The translations under genes and the position numbers were made by a program. From positions 5,902,889 to 5,966,888 of the forward strand of contig CAVNZM010000012.1 in assembly GCA_963693365.1 (NCBI GenBank): a stretch of 64,000 nt of DNA, in the 5' to 3' direction. The notes under the pieces were generated by a model. The model was not told where the DNA came from, made no database searches, and worked only from the letters and a program-made list of their open reading frames with translations. Positions 62,752-64,000 of this stretch are shown in pieces (within the stretch, counting starts at the first letter, position 1; the number at the start of each line of letters is the position of its first letter). The stretch is from Amoebidium appalachense (lineage: Eukaryota > Protista > Ichthyosporea).

Positions 62752-63547
62752 GGGGGAGGGGGGGGGGGAGGGGGAGGGGGGGGGAGGGGGGAGGGGGGGG
62801 GGAGGAGCAGTGCAGTGAAAAATTGAAGGGAATAGGAGTCGAGTTGCCCGCCCGTGTGTGTGTGTGTGTGTGCACCATCAATCAACAGGGCCACCCACAT
62901 TTCTTTTTGTGATTTCTCCCTGTGTTGTCCTCGGTACCGCTTTTGCCAATGCTTGGCCCCTCGACTGACACACTCTCGCCTTTCACCTTGTGAACTCCCC
63001 CCCCCCCCCCCCCCCCCCCCCCGTGCGCGCTCTCATATCCCTCCTTTTCCAACCTCTCTCCCCCGCCACCCTCTCCCCCCTCTCCCCCCTCTCTCCCCTC
63101 CTCCTTTTCTTTCCCCTTCTCCCCCCTTCCCTTTCGATTACACACCTGCTCCTCACTTGCTTCCTCCCCCTTCCCTCTCCCCCTCTCTCCCCCCTCCTCC
63201 TCCCCCCCCCCCCCCCACCCCCCACCCACCCATCCACCGCTCCATGTCTTTCGTCCTCTCCACCTCTCCCTTCCTCCCACATACCCACCCACCCACCCAC
63301 CCACTTATCCACACACACACACACGCACACGAACACCCAACCATCCACTCATCCACACACGTACCCCTGTCTTCCACAGGTACGGCGCACACAACGTGAG
63401 CTATACCACAGCCACCAGATCACGCCCACACAGTTTGCAGCATACATGACCATCCCAAGCACCTTCTATGTGGGGGTGGTCATGGCTGTGGGCATAGTCT
63501 TCAGGTGTCTTGCATCATACAAGTGGGGGAGGCAGCTACTGCTAAAG
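54859..63547 (+). CDS. SCCPDH: Saccharopine dehydrogenase-like oxidoreductase, first 10 exons; gene continues beyond the window
   Basis: Exons 54859-54904, 55814-55918, 57046-57117, 57422-57489, 58217-58263, 59015-59189, 60080-60178, 60763-60837, 62197-62289, 63380-63547. Motifs VFGASGFTG, WAVAGRS, LNVTGPYRFFGEPVVKAC, YLDITGEPEFIERM, CGFDSVPCDLG, ATFESAVHG, PFPGADATVVRRTQ, WGRQLLLK. Confidence 0.95.
55128..55203 (+). repeat. 38-bp tandem duplication in SCCPDH intron 1
   Basis: TTGACCACATAACTCTCACATTATGTGATAAGGCTCCC x2. Confidence 0.85.
60857..60919 (+). repeat. (AAC)n microsatellite
   Basis: ~20 perfect units in SCCPDH intron 8. Confidence 0.95.
61351..61782 (+). repeat. 42-bp tandem minisatellite x 10 in SCCPDH intron 8
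   Basis: Unit GTGTGTGTGCCTGCTGGTTGGTGCATGGGGATTCCCATGGCT with the internal hairpin CATGGG-GATT-CCCATG. Confidence 0.95.
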
Positions 63548-64000
63548 GTAGGAGGGAGGGAGGGGGGGGGGGGGGGGGGGGGGGGGAGGGGGCTAGAGAG
63601 TGGGGAGGAAGGATTTTGAGGGAGTGGGGTGAACATGGAGAGGTGAAGAAGGGGTAATTGTGGGGGGAGGGGGGGGAGGAGGAAGGAGGGGGGCACGGGT
63701 GAGGGGGGAGGAGGAGGGGGAAGATGGGTAGGGATGAGGGGTTGGGACGGAGGAGAGATGGGATGGGAAGGGGAGAAGTTGGGTGAGGGGAGGGGAGGGG
63801 AAGGGGAGAAGTTGGGTGAGGGGAGGGGAGGGGAAGGGGAGAAGTTGGGGGAGGGGGGGAAGGGAAGGGGCGGTGGGGGAGGGGAAGAGGGGGGTAGGGG
63901 GACGGGGGGAGGTGGGGGGGGGGGGGGGGGTTGTGCAATGCGGCATTACTAATGGCTTAGTGTATGGGCCGAGAATATCGAGGTGGCGTTGAATGGGGAG

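Overview
Eukaryotic, intron-rich genomic DNA. Introns and intergenic DNA are saturated with poly-G/poly-C runs and (CA/TG)n, (CT/AG)n microsatellites, so almost all of the supplied ORF track is spurious. Splicing by hand gives six multi-exon genes: a GYP-rich annexin A7/A11-like gene (+), a SMIM12-like gene (-) head-to-head with a HAX1-like gene (+), an MFSD11/UNC93-like transporter (-), and dihydrolipoamide dehydrogenase (-) head-to-head with an SCCPDH-like oxidoreductase (+, runs off the window). There is also one intronless orphan gene for a secreted protein with a Trp-rich C-terminus. The animal-like gene set suggests a unicellular relative of animals (inference only). Mobile DNA includes the 3' end of an intron-containing P-element/THAP9-type transposon, a 1.5-kb non-autonomous hAT-like element with TIRs and an 8-bp TSD, a 5'-truncated LINE, and short dispersed repeats. 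The most striking signal is two 30-40-bp scars flanked by 8-bp target duplications. Each keeps exactly 17 nt of a P-type terminus, as the Drosophila P-transposase 17-nt staggered cut would leave, and one matches the end of the P element in this window exactly. A second theme is that many splice acceptors are preceded by (CA)n or poly-C rather than a U-rich tract, often with complementary (TG)n or poly-G elsewhere in the same intron. All homologies are from recalled family motifs, not database searches.
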